A stretch of 64,000 bases of DNA, taken from NCBI GenBank assembly GCA_030141605.1, contig JAQGDQ010000810.1, positions 1 through 64,000 of the forward strand. Reading direction: 5' to 3'. Both the position numbers and the translations under genes were made by a program. Shown here piece by piece: positions 23,840 through 37,039 of this stretch. The notes under the pieces were generated by a model, which worked only from the letters and a program-made list of their open reading frames with translations, did no database searches and had not been told where the DNA came from. The stretch comes from Tubiluchus corallicola (lineage: Eukaryota > Animalia > Priapulida). Positions within the stretch are counted from its first letter, which is position 1. Each line of letters opens with the position of its first letter.

Positions 23840-25589
23840 CAGGGCCACTGCAATCACACCCGAACCGATGCCTCAATATGTCAGCTGAAGTCAGATTGTA
23901 AAAAACTACATTCATTCTGCTTGGGTCTGATTTTTGGTCAACCCTGCTATGGTTCCTAAATTCCACCTTTGTGAGCTTTCTTGTCAAAAATCATTTAGTA
24001 GACTTGTCAAAAGTCGTTAAAGCTTTTTTTGCTACTTCTACATGGAATTTGTTCTCAGAACCTTTACTAAATGGCTTCAAGATGGCAATGGCAATACTCA
24101 CTTTCCCTCTGTTATTTATAAATGTTTATTCAAAGATGTAGAACTGCTACTTACACAATAATAAATTCAGATTTCTCGTAGAGCATCTGTGAAATTGTCT
24201 ACCAAAGAACTGTTTCCATGAAAACTAAAACCTCACTCCATTGTAGAAGAGTATCAGCACATATCTTCTGTCACTAGCAAATTGGTTATATGAATTCTGT
24301 TTCTCTGGACATTTGCTCATATCTTCACTTTCTTATTGTGGCCTCTTGCCTGAGTGACCTTTGACCTTGTTCGAGATGATCTGTATAAAAATACTGGTGC
24401 CTCTCTAGTGCACTCCAAATCACTTTATCACGTTCCCCCCCCCTGCATCCTTACCTACCCTGCAGGGACGCCACGGCATCTAGAATATGTGCTGAAAATG
24501 GTTGTAATCATTTTAACTGAAAGTCTTTTAGCCTTCATCAGAGAGTTTCAAAGCAATGAAGTTATATGCAGTTTTATTCTTAATGTTCACGTCATTTTAA
24601 CTTGAAAATTTTTGCCCTTTGGGAATGTGCACTACTAAGTCTTTTCTACATATTTATCTTACTAATCCTCTGTTCTTTGTGTAAATATTTATTTTATTTG
24701 TCTTGTAGTAGTAATTGCACTTTGTTTATCTTTCTATAGTACTTATAGTACTTATTATGTACTCTAATAAACATAAAATAAATATAAAAGTGCACATGAA
24801 ATCAACGTGTACAGTCGCATACTCTAAACACATGTGTTATGAAAACTGTGGCATGGATAAAACATGCATATTCAAGATGGAACGGTTCCTTAGGGGCTAG
24901 GAGAATTGTCAGTTAAGTACAGTGATGAAATTCATAGTGTGAATTTTTTTTGGAAATAATTTCATGCCAAAAACGTAAATTTAGCAAAAGAATGTTGTGG
25001 TAATGTCTATATATTTGTCTGGTGATTGAATTTATTCATGTATTGAAATATTACATTGTTTATTAGCATTTTATTATGATGTTTTGTGTCCTGTAGAAAG
25101 TGATTGATTCTGAATTCTAATTTGGAAATAATTTTATCTAAGAATAAACCGGTTGAAATAGCCTTTGGCTAATGTTTTCAACACTGAGAATGTATAGAAA
25201 GTGTACGTACATATGTGTGTGTATGATTAGCAGAAAAGATCTTGAAACTATATATGCAAAACTAATCATTCCAGAATTTGAAATGATTGCCACTTTTGCC
25301 TGGGCATTGGTTGCGTGTATATCGGTTCGTCGTGTCTGGCAGGAGTGGGCTTGCCTTGTTTTGCTGTGCTGTACCTGTATGATGCAGCTATACCTGAAAA
25401 CGTGTACTAGTTGTGATCACGTATTTGACGTGTGTCCCTGCTTTTTTTATAAACTTGCTTCTGTTCACTGATGTGTGTTTAATGAATATTCATTATATTA
25501 ATACAACCCGTGCGCGTAGCGAGATGTTAATTTATTCAGCTGGGAATTTTTCAGTTCGTCTAACTGTAAACCGTTATTTTTCCTGCACG

Positions 25590-25850
25590 TGTTGTTGTAT
25601 CCGACATCTTGTATTTCTTCGCTAACTACAAAAGAGAATGACTAAGAGCCGATACAGTACACGTGGTTGACTATCGTTTAAACATACTTGTTGATGTTAG
25701 TTGTCGAATAAGTTTTTGCTGTTGTTGTATCCGACATCTTGTATTTCTTCTCTAACTACAAATGAGAATGACTAAGAGACGATACAGTACACGTGGTTGA
25801 CTGTCGTTTAAACATACATACTTGTTGATGTTAGTTGTCGAATAAGTATT
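25590..25850. repeat. ~130-bp tandem duplication
   Basis: TGTTGTTGTATCCGACATCTTGTATTTCTTC at 25590 and 25720. Confidence 0.85.
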
Positions 25851-25962
25851 TACGAGTTTATCGCGCGACGTAGCAAAATAAATCACAAGGTGAAGAATAT
25901 TTGCATAGTACGTAGCTTTTATTGTAACATGTTTATGTTGCATTACGCAATATTTGCATGGT

Positions 25963-26160
25963 TCTCTCTCTCTCTCCCTATCTCTCTCCCCCTCTCTCTC
26001 TCGCTCTCTCTCTCTGTCTCTCTCTCTCTTTTCTCGCGCCACTCTGTATGTGTCAGTTGTATGTTTTCCTTTGTGTAACTTTCCCTCTCACCTCTCTCGC
26101 TTTCTGCCTCTCTCTCTCTTTCTCGCTCTCTTTCTCTTCTGCCTCTTTCACTATCTTCCC

Positions 26161-26216
<56 letters not shown>

Positions 26217-26371
26217 TCTCTCTCCCTCTCCCGCTTTCTCTCTGTCTCTTTCCCTCTTTCTCGTCATAAGTTTTCCTTTGTCTAACTTTCTTCCTATCCA
26301 TATTTCCTCTTTCCCTCTCATCTCTCTCTCTCTTTCTTTCTCTCTCTCTCCCTCCCTTCTCGCACCACTCT
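25963..26371 (+). repeat. CT-rich dispersed repeat
   Basis: Shares CCACTCTGTATGTGTCAGTTGTATGTTTTCCTTTG with 30750-31603 in the opposite orientation. Confidence 0.8.
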
Positions 26372-26689
26372 TTGACAAAGGACATTTTTGTAAATATATT
26401 ACTTCTTTGAACAGTTATAATAATAATAATAGTAATTTTCCTGCCTTGGGTTTACTGCTATCTAGCAATAATATTGCCGGGGTTTTCTATTGCTTTCCTG
26501 TAAACCTCAAACTTATACGCGTGTGTTCTGAGTGTTTACGCATTAGTGCTTGCTCAGTGGGGGAGAGGGGATATGCATGATTTCACCCTACCACAGACAA
26601 GCTTTCCAAAATGAATGCTGGATAAGAAATTTGGCCTTCATTTTTTTGTTATTTTTTGTATTCATTAATGGGAGCCCCGAAAAACCAAA

Positions 26690-27565
26690 GTTACGATATT
26701 ATTGAGTGGTCTTAGCTATCTAGCCAAGGGTTACGGCAATATTGAGTGGTCTTAGCTATCTAGCCAAGGGTTACAACAATATTGAGTGGTCTTAGCTATC
26801 TAGCCAAGGGTTACAACAATATTGAGTGGTCTTAGCTATCTAGCCAAGGGTTACAACAATATTGAGTGGTCTTAGCTGTCTAGCCAAGGGTTACGACAAT
26901 ATTGAGTGGTCTTAGCTGTCTAGCCAAGGGTTACGACAATATTGAGTGGTCTTAGCTATCTAGCCAAGGGTTACGACAATATTGAGTGGTCTTAGCTATC
27001 TAGCCAAGGGTTACGACAATATTGAGTGGTCTTAGCTATCTAGCCAAGGTTACAACAATATTGAGTGGTCTTAGCTATCTAGCCAAGGGTTACGACAATA
27101 TTGAGTGGTCTTAGCTGTCTAGCCAAGGGTTACGACAATATTGAGTGGTCTTAGCTGTCTAGCCAAGGGTTACGACAATATTGAGTGGTCTTAGCTATCT
27201 AGCCAAGGGTTACGACAATATTGAGTGGTCTTAGCTATCTAGCCAAGGGTTACGACAATATTGAGTGGTCTTAGCTATCTAGCCAAGGGTTATGACAATA
27301 TTGAGTGGTCTTAGCTATCTAGCCAAGGATTACGACAATATTGAGTGGTGTTAGCTGTCTAGCCAAGGGTTACGACAATATTGAGTGGTCTTGGCTGTCT
27401 AGCCAAATGTTACGACAATATTGAGTGGTCTTAGCTATCTAGCCAAGGGTTACGACAATATTGAGTAGTCTTAGCTGTCTAGCCAAGGGTGACAATATTG
27501 AGTAGTCTTAGCTATCTAACCAAGGGTTACGCAATATTGAGTAGTCTTAGCTGTCTAGCCCAGGG
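26690..27565. repeat. 40-bp minisatellite, ~21 copies (ATTGAGTGGTCTTAGCTATCTAGCCAAGGGTTACGACAAT)
   Basis: Contiguous tandem units. Confidence 0.98.
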
Positions 27566-28165
27566 ACTGCTACGAGCAAAGGTAATTATGGCAATATTGT
27601 TCCTGCTTTGAACATAGCTGTGGGTACCATCATACTTTGTCATGCTTTGCTGATGTTACTTAATGTCTGGTATAGCTGATGCCCCCCTCGAGTTGTGCAT
27701 AAACTTAATATTATTATGTGGCAAATGTATGCATCTTTTATGCTTACCGTAGTTTGAATGTATATAAGAGTAATGAATTTGATGGCAGGAAACTGTTCTT
27801 CTTTCACAGAAACTCTGCTCTTCTCTCAGCTAGACTGTCACGCACATCATATTGAACAGCAAATTCAACGCATCATATGTTTTCTAGTAAGAGAAGTGAA
27901 TTTTATGGCAGAAAAGTTCTTTTTTAAATGTTCTTCTCTCTCAGAAACTTCATTCTTTTCTCTGTTAGACTGCTAGATGTGTAAGCTTGAACAGCAATTC
28001 ACCATTTTATAACATATTTTCTCTAGTGAAAAAAATGTAATTTTAACAGAAATGCTAACTGCATAAAGTGAAAAACTAACGAGATGTGATTTTTGTATTT
28101 TATTTCTGACAAGATTTCCTTAAGATATAAGAACAACTTATTTCATGCATTCAAATCAAATCATG

Positions 28166-28634
28166 CAAGGATGAGAATTTTTCCACGGATACGCGAAATT
28201 CCGAGTTTTTGGAAGACCAGTAGTGCCATTTTTGTAAATCGCGTAAATTCGTTGAGAAAATTTTTACGGACCCAGTACATTATTTCACAAGCTGACCGCT
28301 AGTTGGCAGGCCGTCACTTTGTTTACATCACGTACATCAGTGTAACCACGTGTATATCTCTATGTATAAAAATATAGAATCAATTGTGTGGAGTTATTCG
28401 AGTCAATTGCAGACAATTTTTATATACTTTTGCATAGGAGCGGCCAGTACTTAGGCGTTTTTGAGACAATTAGGTATCATGTATCCTTGATAGTTGGGTA
28501 TTTTTAATTATGCATGAAACAAGGTAATTGATATTTTAAGTCCACTTAGAGGTTCTTTATAGTCCAAAATTGCAATTTGTTGCTGCTTACGGCCTGTTTC
28601 AGAGTTTTTTTGCAATTTGTAATTCTCATCCCTG
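28166..28634 (+). mobile_element. CAGGGATGAGAAT-TIR MITE, copy 4
   Basis: Both TIRs present (left has 1 mismatch). No clear TSD. Confidence 0.9.
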
Positions 28635-28959
28635 GTGAGGGTAGCTTCATGACTATAGGTAATATTGAGTAAGCTACCATTCTCTAAAGTGCATGAATTA
28701 TAATAGTGGAGCTTGATGTGTCTCACAAAATTACAATTATTCTCAATATTTACATAGCATATACTAATTAAGCATAAAATTGAATGTAATGGAATTGAAG
28801 AAACAGAATGAAAGAAAGTTAAATTATCATTAATGTTGTACATGTTAATAAATGTGCCATCTAATACAAAGAAAATACAAAGAAAGGAAGCATTACACTT
28901 ACCTGTTTGAAAGGCTTATGTACATGTACTTTGAAAACATATGTCAACATAGCGCAATC

Positions 28960-29260
28960 TATTATCTTTCTTCCTACCATTTCCACTAACACATCCTTCT
29001 ACCCTTCCTGTGTGATCTAACCTTTCTCCCAGTTCTTTTTTTGTTCACTCATCCATTCTTTCTTTATCAGGTTCACATGACAGTGGGCTTATACAAGCCT
29101 TTGCTTCTCTAGTCCACTGCAGTACAATTATTATTTTATGATAACGATAGTGTATGAAACATAACAATTTAATACAGTATGACGTAATAATTTTGATGTC
29201 ACTGTGTGCTTAATGTCATTATATTTTACTGAATGTGATAATAATAAACTAAAAAACAAA
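28960..29260 (+). mobile_element. 5'-truncated LINE 3' UTR copy
   Basis: Reverse complement of ~14800-15105. Confidence 0.8.
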
Positions 29261-29764
29261 ATTTTTAATAATTTAAACTGTTATCACGGCAACTGGCAAA
29301 ATATCATTGCATCACAATCCCTGCATAGATTCAAAGAAAAGCATGTTGATCTTATTGACAATATGAAGCTATTTTCACTTTTGCTTAGTTTGCAAAGAGT
29401 GTGCACTGATTTTCAAACTTTACACAATGTTGTTTAAACTATGCAAAATTTCGAGACGAAATTTTTAAGCTTTATTTATGCAAAAATGTGTTCTTGTCCT
29501 TTAATGTAAATTACTGCTTGGCACCTAGATGTTTCTACTGTACAGTAGTTGCTTAAATACGTAGTGCCAGTTCAAATAAGCCGGATGGCTCATTGCTCAA
29601 GTGTGCATGTATTAAATAAAGGTCACCTCTCTTCTGTAGACATTTCGTACCTGAGGTGTATCGTAGCTACCTGTTTGTGCCAGAAGTGTAAGCTGATAGG
29701 CTGTTATCGTTTTGCGTTGTGTCCCTTTCTAGATGTTTACTTGACCCCATCCTAATTTTTTTCA

Positions 29765-30376
29765 CTATGTTCGCTATGTTTGGATATGTTCATGTTCGCT
29801 ATGTTTGGATATGTTCATGTTCGTTATGTTTGGATATGTTCATGTTCGTTATGTTTGGATATGTTCATGTTCGTTATGTTTGGATATGTTCATGTTCGTT
29901 ATGTTTGGATATGTTCATGTTCGTTATGTTTGGATATGTTCACGTTCGTTATGTTTGGATATGTTCACGTTCGTTATGTTTGGATATGTTCATATTCGCT
30001 ATGTTTGGATATGTTCATATTCGTTATGTTTGGATATGTTCATATTCGCTATGTTTGGATATGTTCATGTTTGTTATGTTTGGATATGTTCATGTTCGTT
30101 ATGTTTGGATATGTTCATATTCGCTATGTTTGGATATGTTCATGTTCGTTATGTTTGGATATGTTCATGTTCGTTATGTTTGGATATGTTCATGTTCGTT
30201 ATGTTTGGATATGCTCATGTTCGTTATGTTTGGATATGTTCATATTCGCTATGTTTGGATATGTTCATGTTCGTTATGTTTGGATATGTTCCTGTTCGTT
30301 ATGTTTGGATATGTTCATATTCGCTATGTTTGGATATGTTCATGTTCATTATGTTTGGATATGTTCATATTCGCTA
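29765..30376. repeat. 25-bp minisatellite, ~24 copies (TATGTTTGGATATGTTCATGTTCGT)
   Basis: Contiguous tandem units. Confidence 0.98.
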
Positions 30377-30749
30377 GTGCTGTAAATAGTTGGAGGCCGT
30401 GTGTTATACAGTACAAAACACCTTGGAGATGCAGTTTGCCTTGCAGTCAGTCACCCATCCATTTCATGACATAAACATACTGAGCAGTGCTTAACTATGC
30501 TGGCTAAACATACACTACGACCATTCAACTATTCTACTTTTTTTACACGTATTCAGCAGACATACACGAGTGCTGAGGAATTAGCACAGAGCGTTTTATA
30601 CGCAAGTTTAAAAATACCATATTTTATAGTTGAATGCCTTAACTTAATGCATAAGAAGTAAATATTAAAGATATGTAAAGATATTTTATAGTTGTTGCTG
30701 TATGCTTAAGAAATTACTTGCGAAAGTGCATCTGTAGCGTGTGTGCGAA

Positions 30750-31603
30750 AGAGACGAGAGAGAGAGAGGGAAAGAGGAAATATGGATAGAAAGAAGAGAA
30801 AGTTAGGCAAAGGAAAACATACGACTGACGCATACAGAGTGGAGCGAGAAAGGAGGGAGAGAGAGGTGAGAGGGAAAGAGGAAATATGGATGAGAAGAGA
30901 GAAAGTTAGGCAAAGGAAAACATACGACTGACACATACAGAGTGGCGGGAGAAAAAGAGAGAAAGCTGGAGAGGGAGAAAGAGGTGAGAGGGAGAGAGAG
31001 AGAGAAAGCGGGAGAGAGAGAGGTGAGAGGGAAATAGGAAATATGGATAGGAAGAGAGAAAGTTAGACAAAGGAAAACATACGACTGACACATACAGAGT
31101 GGCGGGAGAAAAAGAGAGAAAGTCGGAGAGGGAGAGAGAGAGAGAGAGAGAGAGAAAGCGGGAAAGAGAGAGAGGTGAGAGGGAAATAGGAAATATGGAT
31201 AGCAAGAGAGAAAGTTAGACAAAGGAAAACATACAACTGACACATACAGAGTGGCGGGAGAAAAAGAGAGAAAGCCGGAGAGGGAGAAAGAGGTGAGAGG
31301 GAGAGAGAGAATGAGAAAGCGGGAGAGAGAGAGAGAGAGGTGAGAGGGAAATAGGAAATATGGATAGGAAGAGAGAAAGTTAGACAAAAGAAAACATACA
31401 ACTGACACATACAGAGTGGCGCGAGAAAGGAGGGAGAAAAAGAGAGAAAGCTAGAGAGTGAGAAAGAGGTGAGAGGGAAAGAGGAAATATGGATAGGAAG
31501 AGAGAAAGTTAGACAAAGGAAAACAAACGACTGACACATACAGAGTGGCACGAGAAATTGAGGGAGGGAGAGAGAGAGGGAGAATGAAGGAGAGAGAGAG
31601 ATA
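30750..31603 (-). repeat. GA-rich tandem repeat, ~6 units of roughly 120-170 bp; fragment at ~35255-35340
   Basis: Recurrent GGAAATATGGAT...AAAGTTAG.CAAAGGAAAACATAC.ACTGACACATACAGAGTGG. Confidence 0.88.
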
Positions 31604-31732
31604 GTGGAGAGACAAACAAGTCACTCACCCTTTATACATGATGTTGATTCATACGTGATAACTATGATTTACGATGCGTTTCATTGTGTGACATTATTTA
31701 ACTTAGGCTTGAGATGTGTGTACTTTTTGCAG

Positions 31733-31866
31733 GAAGTTATGCGAGTACTGTACAACGCTGTTAGTGCCGCTTGTAAAAAAAATTTCAATTTTTGAAATTT
31801 CAGTTAAACGAATTGAAAGAGAAAATTCGATTGACCGCTGAAATGCCGGAGGAAGAATTCTGCAAA
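31733..31866 (+). CDS. Exon 2 of uncharacterised protein (apparent frameshift in A8 run, or a shorter exon starting at 31804)
   Basis: TTTTGCAG acceptor gives EVMRVLYNAVSAACKK. The 3' part FQFLKFQLNELKEKIRLTAEMPEEEFCK ends at a GTATGT phase-0 donor. Length is 134 nt, 1 short of frame. An alternative TTTCAG acceptor at 31803 gives a clean 63-nt exon. Confidence 0.6.
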
Positions 31867-32886
31867 GTATGTGAATAGTTCCTCCTCGAGAGAGTCAATG
31901 CTGGTTTTCTTGGCTTCCCTTTTTTTATTAATGGTCTCCCATTTCTAACTTTAAATGTTTTTTTATTATGGTTCGCTAATTCCATATGCAACTTTATTGT
32001 CACAAAAATGGAGAAGAATTTAGAAAAATGATCCGATCAATGATTGAGTGAGTGATTGGTACGGAAAGTATTCGAAAATCGATTATTGTAATCAATCGCC
32101 TCACATGAAAACTTCAATAAGTCTTTAGAACTTCTGCCACCGTTAAAGGGGAAGTGTGTTCCAAAAAACTTTCCGCACAAAGTGATATTATTTAGCATTA
32201 CGCTTACCTGTTTGAAAAACTTAGGTAAGTGGAAAAGAAAATTCTTAATAATTTAAAATAATCACGCCACCTGATAAAACATCGCTGTACCGCCATCCCA
32301 GTGTGCACCACTGGCTTATCAAAAGAATACATTATTGCGCTTATTAAATATTAAGTCAAATTTTTATATTTTTGCTTAAGTCAACAAAGTGTGTGCTACA
32401 AATGGTCTGATCATATTTACTTTATCCAATGTTATGTAAACTTGTTTTAAATGAATCGCTGTACCTAACGATCATCATGACAGTTTAAAATTACAAGTTT
32501 CATACAGCGTTACTGCTAACGCAAGCCCTGTATGCAGTAAGAGAACTTGCAAGCGGTAGGATTTCCAAGACGAAATTTTTAAGTCTTATTTGCGAAGAGT
32601 GTTTTCTTTTGATCTTTAATGAAAAGATCGACTTTTACAGCAATCATTCTATGAGAACAAAACAATAACTGAATATGTTCATATTCGGATTTCGTTTTAT
32701 ATTCCAGGATTCCGAAATTGAATCTTGGATTAAGTAGAAATTGAAACTTTATCCAGAAAAGAATTTTAGTGTTTTAGTGACCCGAGTGCCATTTGCTCTA
32801 AGTGGAATGAATATATTTGTTTGTTTTTTATCACAACTACCGTAGAGTTTATCAGATAAACTAACAAATATTTATGTATTTTGCAG

Positions 32887-34251
32887 CTGGCGTCTGAACA
32901 ACGAGGAGCTCGGCGCGAAAAAGCCAAGTACTTTGCTCAGAACTTTGAAAGCAAAGGACTTCCCGATGAAGACCTTCACGAGTTCTTGGCCTTGTGCATG
33001 GACAAAGACCCGTCGGTCATGCAAACTGTGGCCAAAGAGCTGAACGTTAATCTGGACGAAGACCAGGACATCCCGTCGCTAGACCTGCGCAGCGGTAACA
33101 AGCGCAGAAATGTGAAAGACAATTTTGTGGACAACAAAATGGACATTGTGTCAGATACAGCTTACCAGTGCGTAGGTAAGACTGAGGCCAGGTTTAAACA
33201 GGAAGACAAGCCTGCATCTGAAAATCGTGATAAGTCTGACCGGTGGTCAGCGAAAAATGACTGCAATACCGGTAGCTTGCACTCCGAAAACGCCGAGCCA
33301 TCTAAACCGGTGCTGAATGGCACTTTGTCGGGAACCTCCGATGACGATGACTCGACTGATTTAAAATGTGTAATCGTGGATTCATCAATGAAGCCAGACA
33401 TATCTAATGAGCAACGTGTAGATAAGACGTGGAACTCTTCCCAGAAAAAACTGCTTCATGGACTCGCGCCAAAGAGTGCATTTTCTAGTAGTCTGAAAAA
33501 TCCAGATCCAGAAAAACTTATAGACTGGAAAAAAGCGGAGTCCACTTCCGTGCGTCACAGATTTAAAGGCAGTTCGTCTGGCTGTGAAAATGTGAGACTA
33601 ATATCGGCAAAGCCTTTACCTGAGGCAGACAGTATACCATCTAGTCAATTTAAGCGGCCGGTTAATTACCCGGTGTCTGACGAAGTGACCATGATAAAAC
33701 TCAGAGGCGTAGACCTCGATACGCGTTACGCCTACAGACCGCTTAATTACGCTTCAGACAGTTCGGACGGTATTCCGTTCGCAGACGATACCTCAGGAGA
33801 AGATACGACGGAAACGGAAGCAAATAGGACTAGTCACGAGGAGACTGAATCCACGGAACAGTCTTCCCCGAGTGAAGCATTACTTTGTAAAGTTGGCAAA
33901 CCTTCGTACGGGACCGTTCAAAAATCTAGCGGGCTATATCCGTCTATTTACCCGTCATTGGACGGCGTGCGCGCCGAGGAGAAGGCGCAGCAGTACGCTA
34001 GCTTGTTAGCCAATCGCGACACGACCGATGGCTGCGAAAGGGAAATAGAGATGAAGACGCTAGAACGCGGAGACGAAAGATCGCGTGACGTCGACGACGG
34101 CGTGGATTTCCCGCTGCAGACGGGCAGCAACCGCAGCAGCGTCGAACGAGTCGTGGTCATAGACCAAGCTCAGAATGTCGCGGCAATTACTCAACCAGCC
34201 AATGAGTTCAAGTCGAGAAATTCCATCCGGAGACAACAATCGGGATCGCCG
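32887..34251 (+). CDS. Exon 3 of uncharacterised protein (455 codons, S/D/E-rich, mostly disordered)
   Basis: 467-aa open frame with raised GC, TTTTGCAG acceptor, GTAATT donor, phase 0 to 0. Confidence 0.88.
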
Positions 34252-35406
34252 GTAATTTATAACATTGGTCTTCTGCGTCTTTGATGACTAGTAACTAGTA
34301 TCATGATTGTGTAACATCAATAGAATTGCTCAAGTTTATTGGCACCAGTTAATGTTCTTGCTAACCGACCCTTGTACTCTTTAATAGAGCGTTATGCCGC
34401 ACCAGTGCTGCTTGACCTTTAATCTTGTTTGAGTTTGCAACTTAATGTTTGGGGTTATTAACTTGCCAAGTATCTCAGATGGCCTTCCTTTTAATGGAGA
34501 GTTACGAAAGTTTTCGTAATTTATTGTCGAAACTATGTCTTTGTTAGAAATAATCTTATTCGGAAGTAATCGTAGATAAATTGACAGCACTTGTAGCAAT
34601 AGGTCGGAAATGCCGTTGCGAAAAAGTTGTGATATGCCCTGCTTATTTATACAATTTAAACAGTTACTTGATCATGGCTTAGAGGAAAGGCCAAACTTTC
34701 TGGAAATTCAGTTTATTCAAATTCATTTTAAACTTATTTCAATCTTTGCAAAAAATGTTAGAAAGATTTAGTAGTAAAAGCATAAGCGCCTCGTGTAATT
34801 AGTAAAATATCTTTATAGTTGCGATCATTTCACACTTGGGTGCTCTTATTTTGAACGCCTATTCTTCCGCCGATGAGGTCATACATCAAGTAAAGAAACC
34901 GGTGCACTGTCAATTTTTGTCAAGCTTGATAAGCTTAATAATATAGCTAATTTCGCGAGGTTTTTGCGTAAACATTAATTAAGCTACAGAAGTGTGAATC
35001 AGTTTAAGCACTTACAAAAAGTAACGATGCGCTTACGAAAAGTCACAATTTTCAAGTGAATGGTGGCTGCCCGAAAATTTCCGTGCAGCTGTAGTCTAAA
35101 TTAACTCTGTGCTTTTTAAACAGTTGTGCGCATTTCTTCTTAAATGCTAATAGTCATAAAATAAACCCAGCATCCTAACAAGGCAAGAAGTGACTTGGCC
35201 TTTTCTGTAAGATTTTTAAGGGGTCTACTCCTTAATAACTTCATAACTTCATGTGAGAGAGAGAGAGAGAGAGGGGGGGGGAAATATGGATGGGAAGAGA
35301 GAAAGTTGCACAAAGGAAAACATACGATGACACATACATACTTTGTTAATTATATGATGAACTATCATTTTTACTTTCTTCACACGCTAACTTTCCATAT
35401 TTGTAG

Positions 35407-35563
35407 GTGTCAAGTGACACGGTTGCAGCTGAAAAGAATCCGCCGTTTTGTTATCCTCCGCACCCGGATTTGATGTTGAAGCCAGTGGAGAGCATCCTCG
35501 ATAACATCGCTGCAAACGACAAGGCAGCTACAAAGATTCATTTGAAAAGTAACAGAATTGAAG
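35407..35563 (+). CDS. Exon 4 of uncharacterised protein (VSSDTVAAEKNPPFCYPPHPDLMLKPVE...)
   Basis: TTTGTAG acceptor, GTAAAC donor, 157 nt, phase 0 to 1. Confidence 0.8.
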
Positions 35564-35786
35564 GTAAACGATGCCGTACTTGTAACAGAATTGTACGTTT
35601 GACAAAATGAGCAATGGCGGTTTTATATACCCTACGCTTCGGCACGCGGTAAACTGGAAGCTGGCATTCCGTAGCTACGCATACTCGGTGTTAATAGTTG
35701 TGGCGTGAATGAAACTTGGTCATTGTCGAGGCTAACCCTCGCACGTGCGACTGAAAATGAGCCACTAAACTGGCCAGAGATGTCCT

Positions 35787-36128
35787 GATTTCATTAACTA
35801 GATGATGACTGTGAATTCCAGAATGTTCATAAACCGCTGCAATTTATTTTGTAACATCTATTACCCATTGCGGTGCTCTCGGATTAGGTGCTACAAGGAG
35901 GAAATGTCGTGTGCTCTGTCACGTTGGATTGGTAGTTCAGCTAGAGGCACATGGATGTACTAATCCCAGGTCTCCGGTTCTAATCCCGACTAGTCGACAA
36001 TTTTTCAGCATCTCCTTTCTTCATATCATTACCCACAATAGGTAATAACTGGTAAAATAAACCACGTAAAAATAAAGTGGCTTATGAACATTCTGAGCAT
36101 TCACATTCATAATCTAGTTAATGAAATC
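35787..36128. mobile_element. Inverted-repeat element (~50-bp TIRs) with an internal tRNA-like segment
   Basis: GATTTCATTAACTAGATGATGACTGTGAAT / ATTCACATTCATAATCTAGTTAATGAAATC. Internal TGGTAGTTCAGCTAGAG...GGTTCTAATCCCG. Confidence 0.7.
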
Positions 36129-36189
36129 GTTAAGTGCCAATTAATCTGAAGAATAAAAGTTGGTTCCCTGATATTTTGACCACATTCGA

Positions 36190-36501
36190 GTGTGAATGCG
36201 TCCTCTCTTAACGAGGTGAACAGCCAGAATCAGCAAGGCGAGCGAAACTATTGAACCAAGCCTGCCACAAACCATTTACTGACTAAATTTGGTGTGGCGT
36301 AATTTCGATTGCAATGCTTACGTTGCTCTGTTTCTAGCATTCTCTGTTTCTGTGAATGCGTCCTCTCTTAACGAGGTGAACAGCCGGAATCAGCAAGGCG
36401 AGCGAAACTATTGAACCGGGCCTGCCACAAACCGTTTACTAACTAAATTTAGCGTGGCGTAATTTCGATTGCAATGCTTACGTTGCTCTGTTTCTAGCAT
36501 T
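36190..36501. repeat. ~160-bp tandem duplication
   Basis: TGTGAATGCGTCCTCTCTTAACGAGGTGAACAGCC at ~36191 and ~36351. Confidence 0.9.
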
Positions 36502-36743
36502 TGCGCTTATGTGCACAGTAGCAAGTTCGTGCATGTTGCATTGTCTAGATTTAAAACAATGCAGTCATCACATTGTGACAAAGTTCTTGTATTGCAAATA
36601 TTAATCAACTGCATTGCAACTCGTACAGAAATCACCTATTACGTGACTTATAAAAACTACAAAGTCAGTTTATTTGTTAAAGCAAATCAAGACGAGAACA
36701 CTTCATATGTCAAAAACCTTCTATTTGTTCGTTTTTTTAATAG

Positions 36744-36907
36744 GGGGCAGCAGGTTCGACATTAACGGCAACCCCATTCCGTACGGTTCCGAAACGGGCG
36801 CTCGCCCTAAAGATTTCCCTCAGCGGCAGTCGCTGCTGGAGTCCGGTTACGGGAACGACCGATTCCAGCAGAAGAAACAAAAAAAGCAAATGAAAGAAGC
36901 CAACAAG
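36744..36907 (+). CDS. Exon 5 of uncharacterised protein (GSRFDINGNPIPYGSETGARPK...LLESGYGNDRFQQKKQKKQMKEANK)
   Basis: TTTAATAG acceptor, AAG|GTAAAA donor, 164 nt, phase 1 to 0. Confidence 0.85.
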
Positions 36908-37039
36908 GTAAAAGATTCATCTGCAGCTAATGATATTTTTCTGTGAGATTCAACTTGGTAAGATTGCTTGCCACTAAAAATTACCGATGCTGGTAACATT
37001 AATGCCTTTAAGTTGTTGTTAATCAACTGTTTACTAGGA

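Noticed and set aside
25752-26580. ER-rich and SL-rich ORFs
   Set aside because: Translations of (CT)n/(GA)n low-complexity repeat.
29719-30474. Three-frame ORFs of 190-251 aa
   Set aside because: A stop-free 25-bp repeat unit, not coding.
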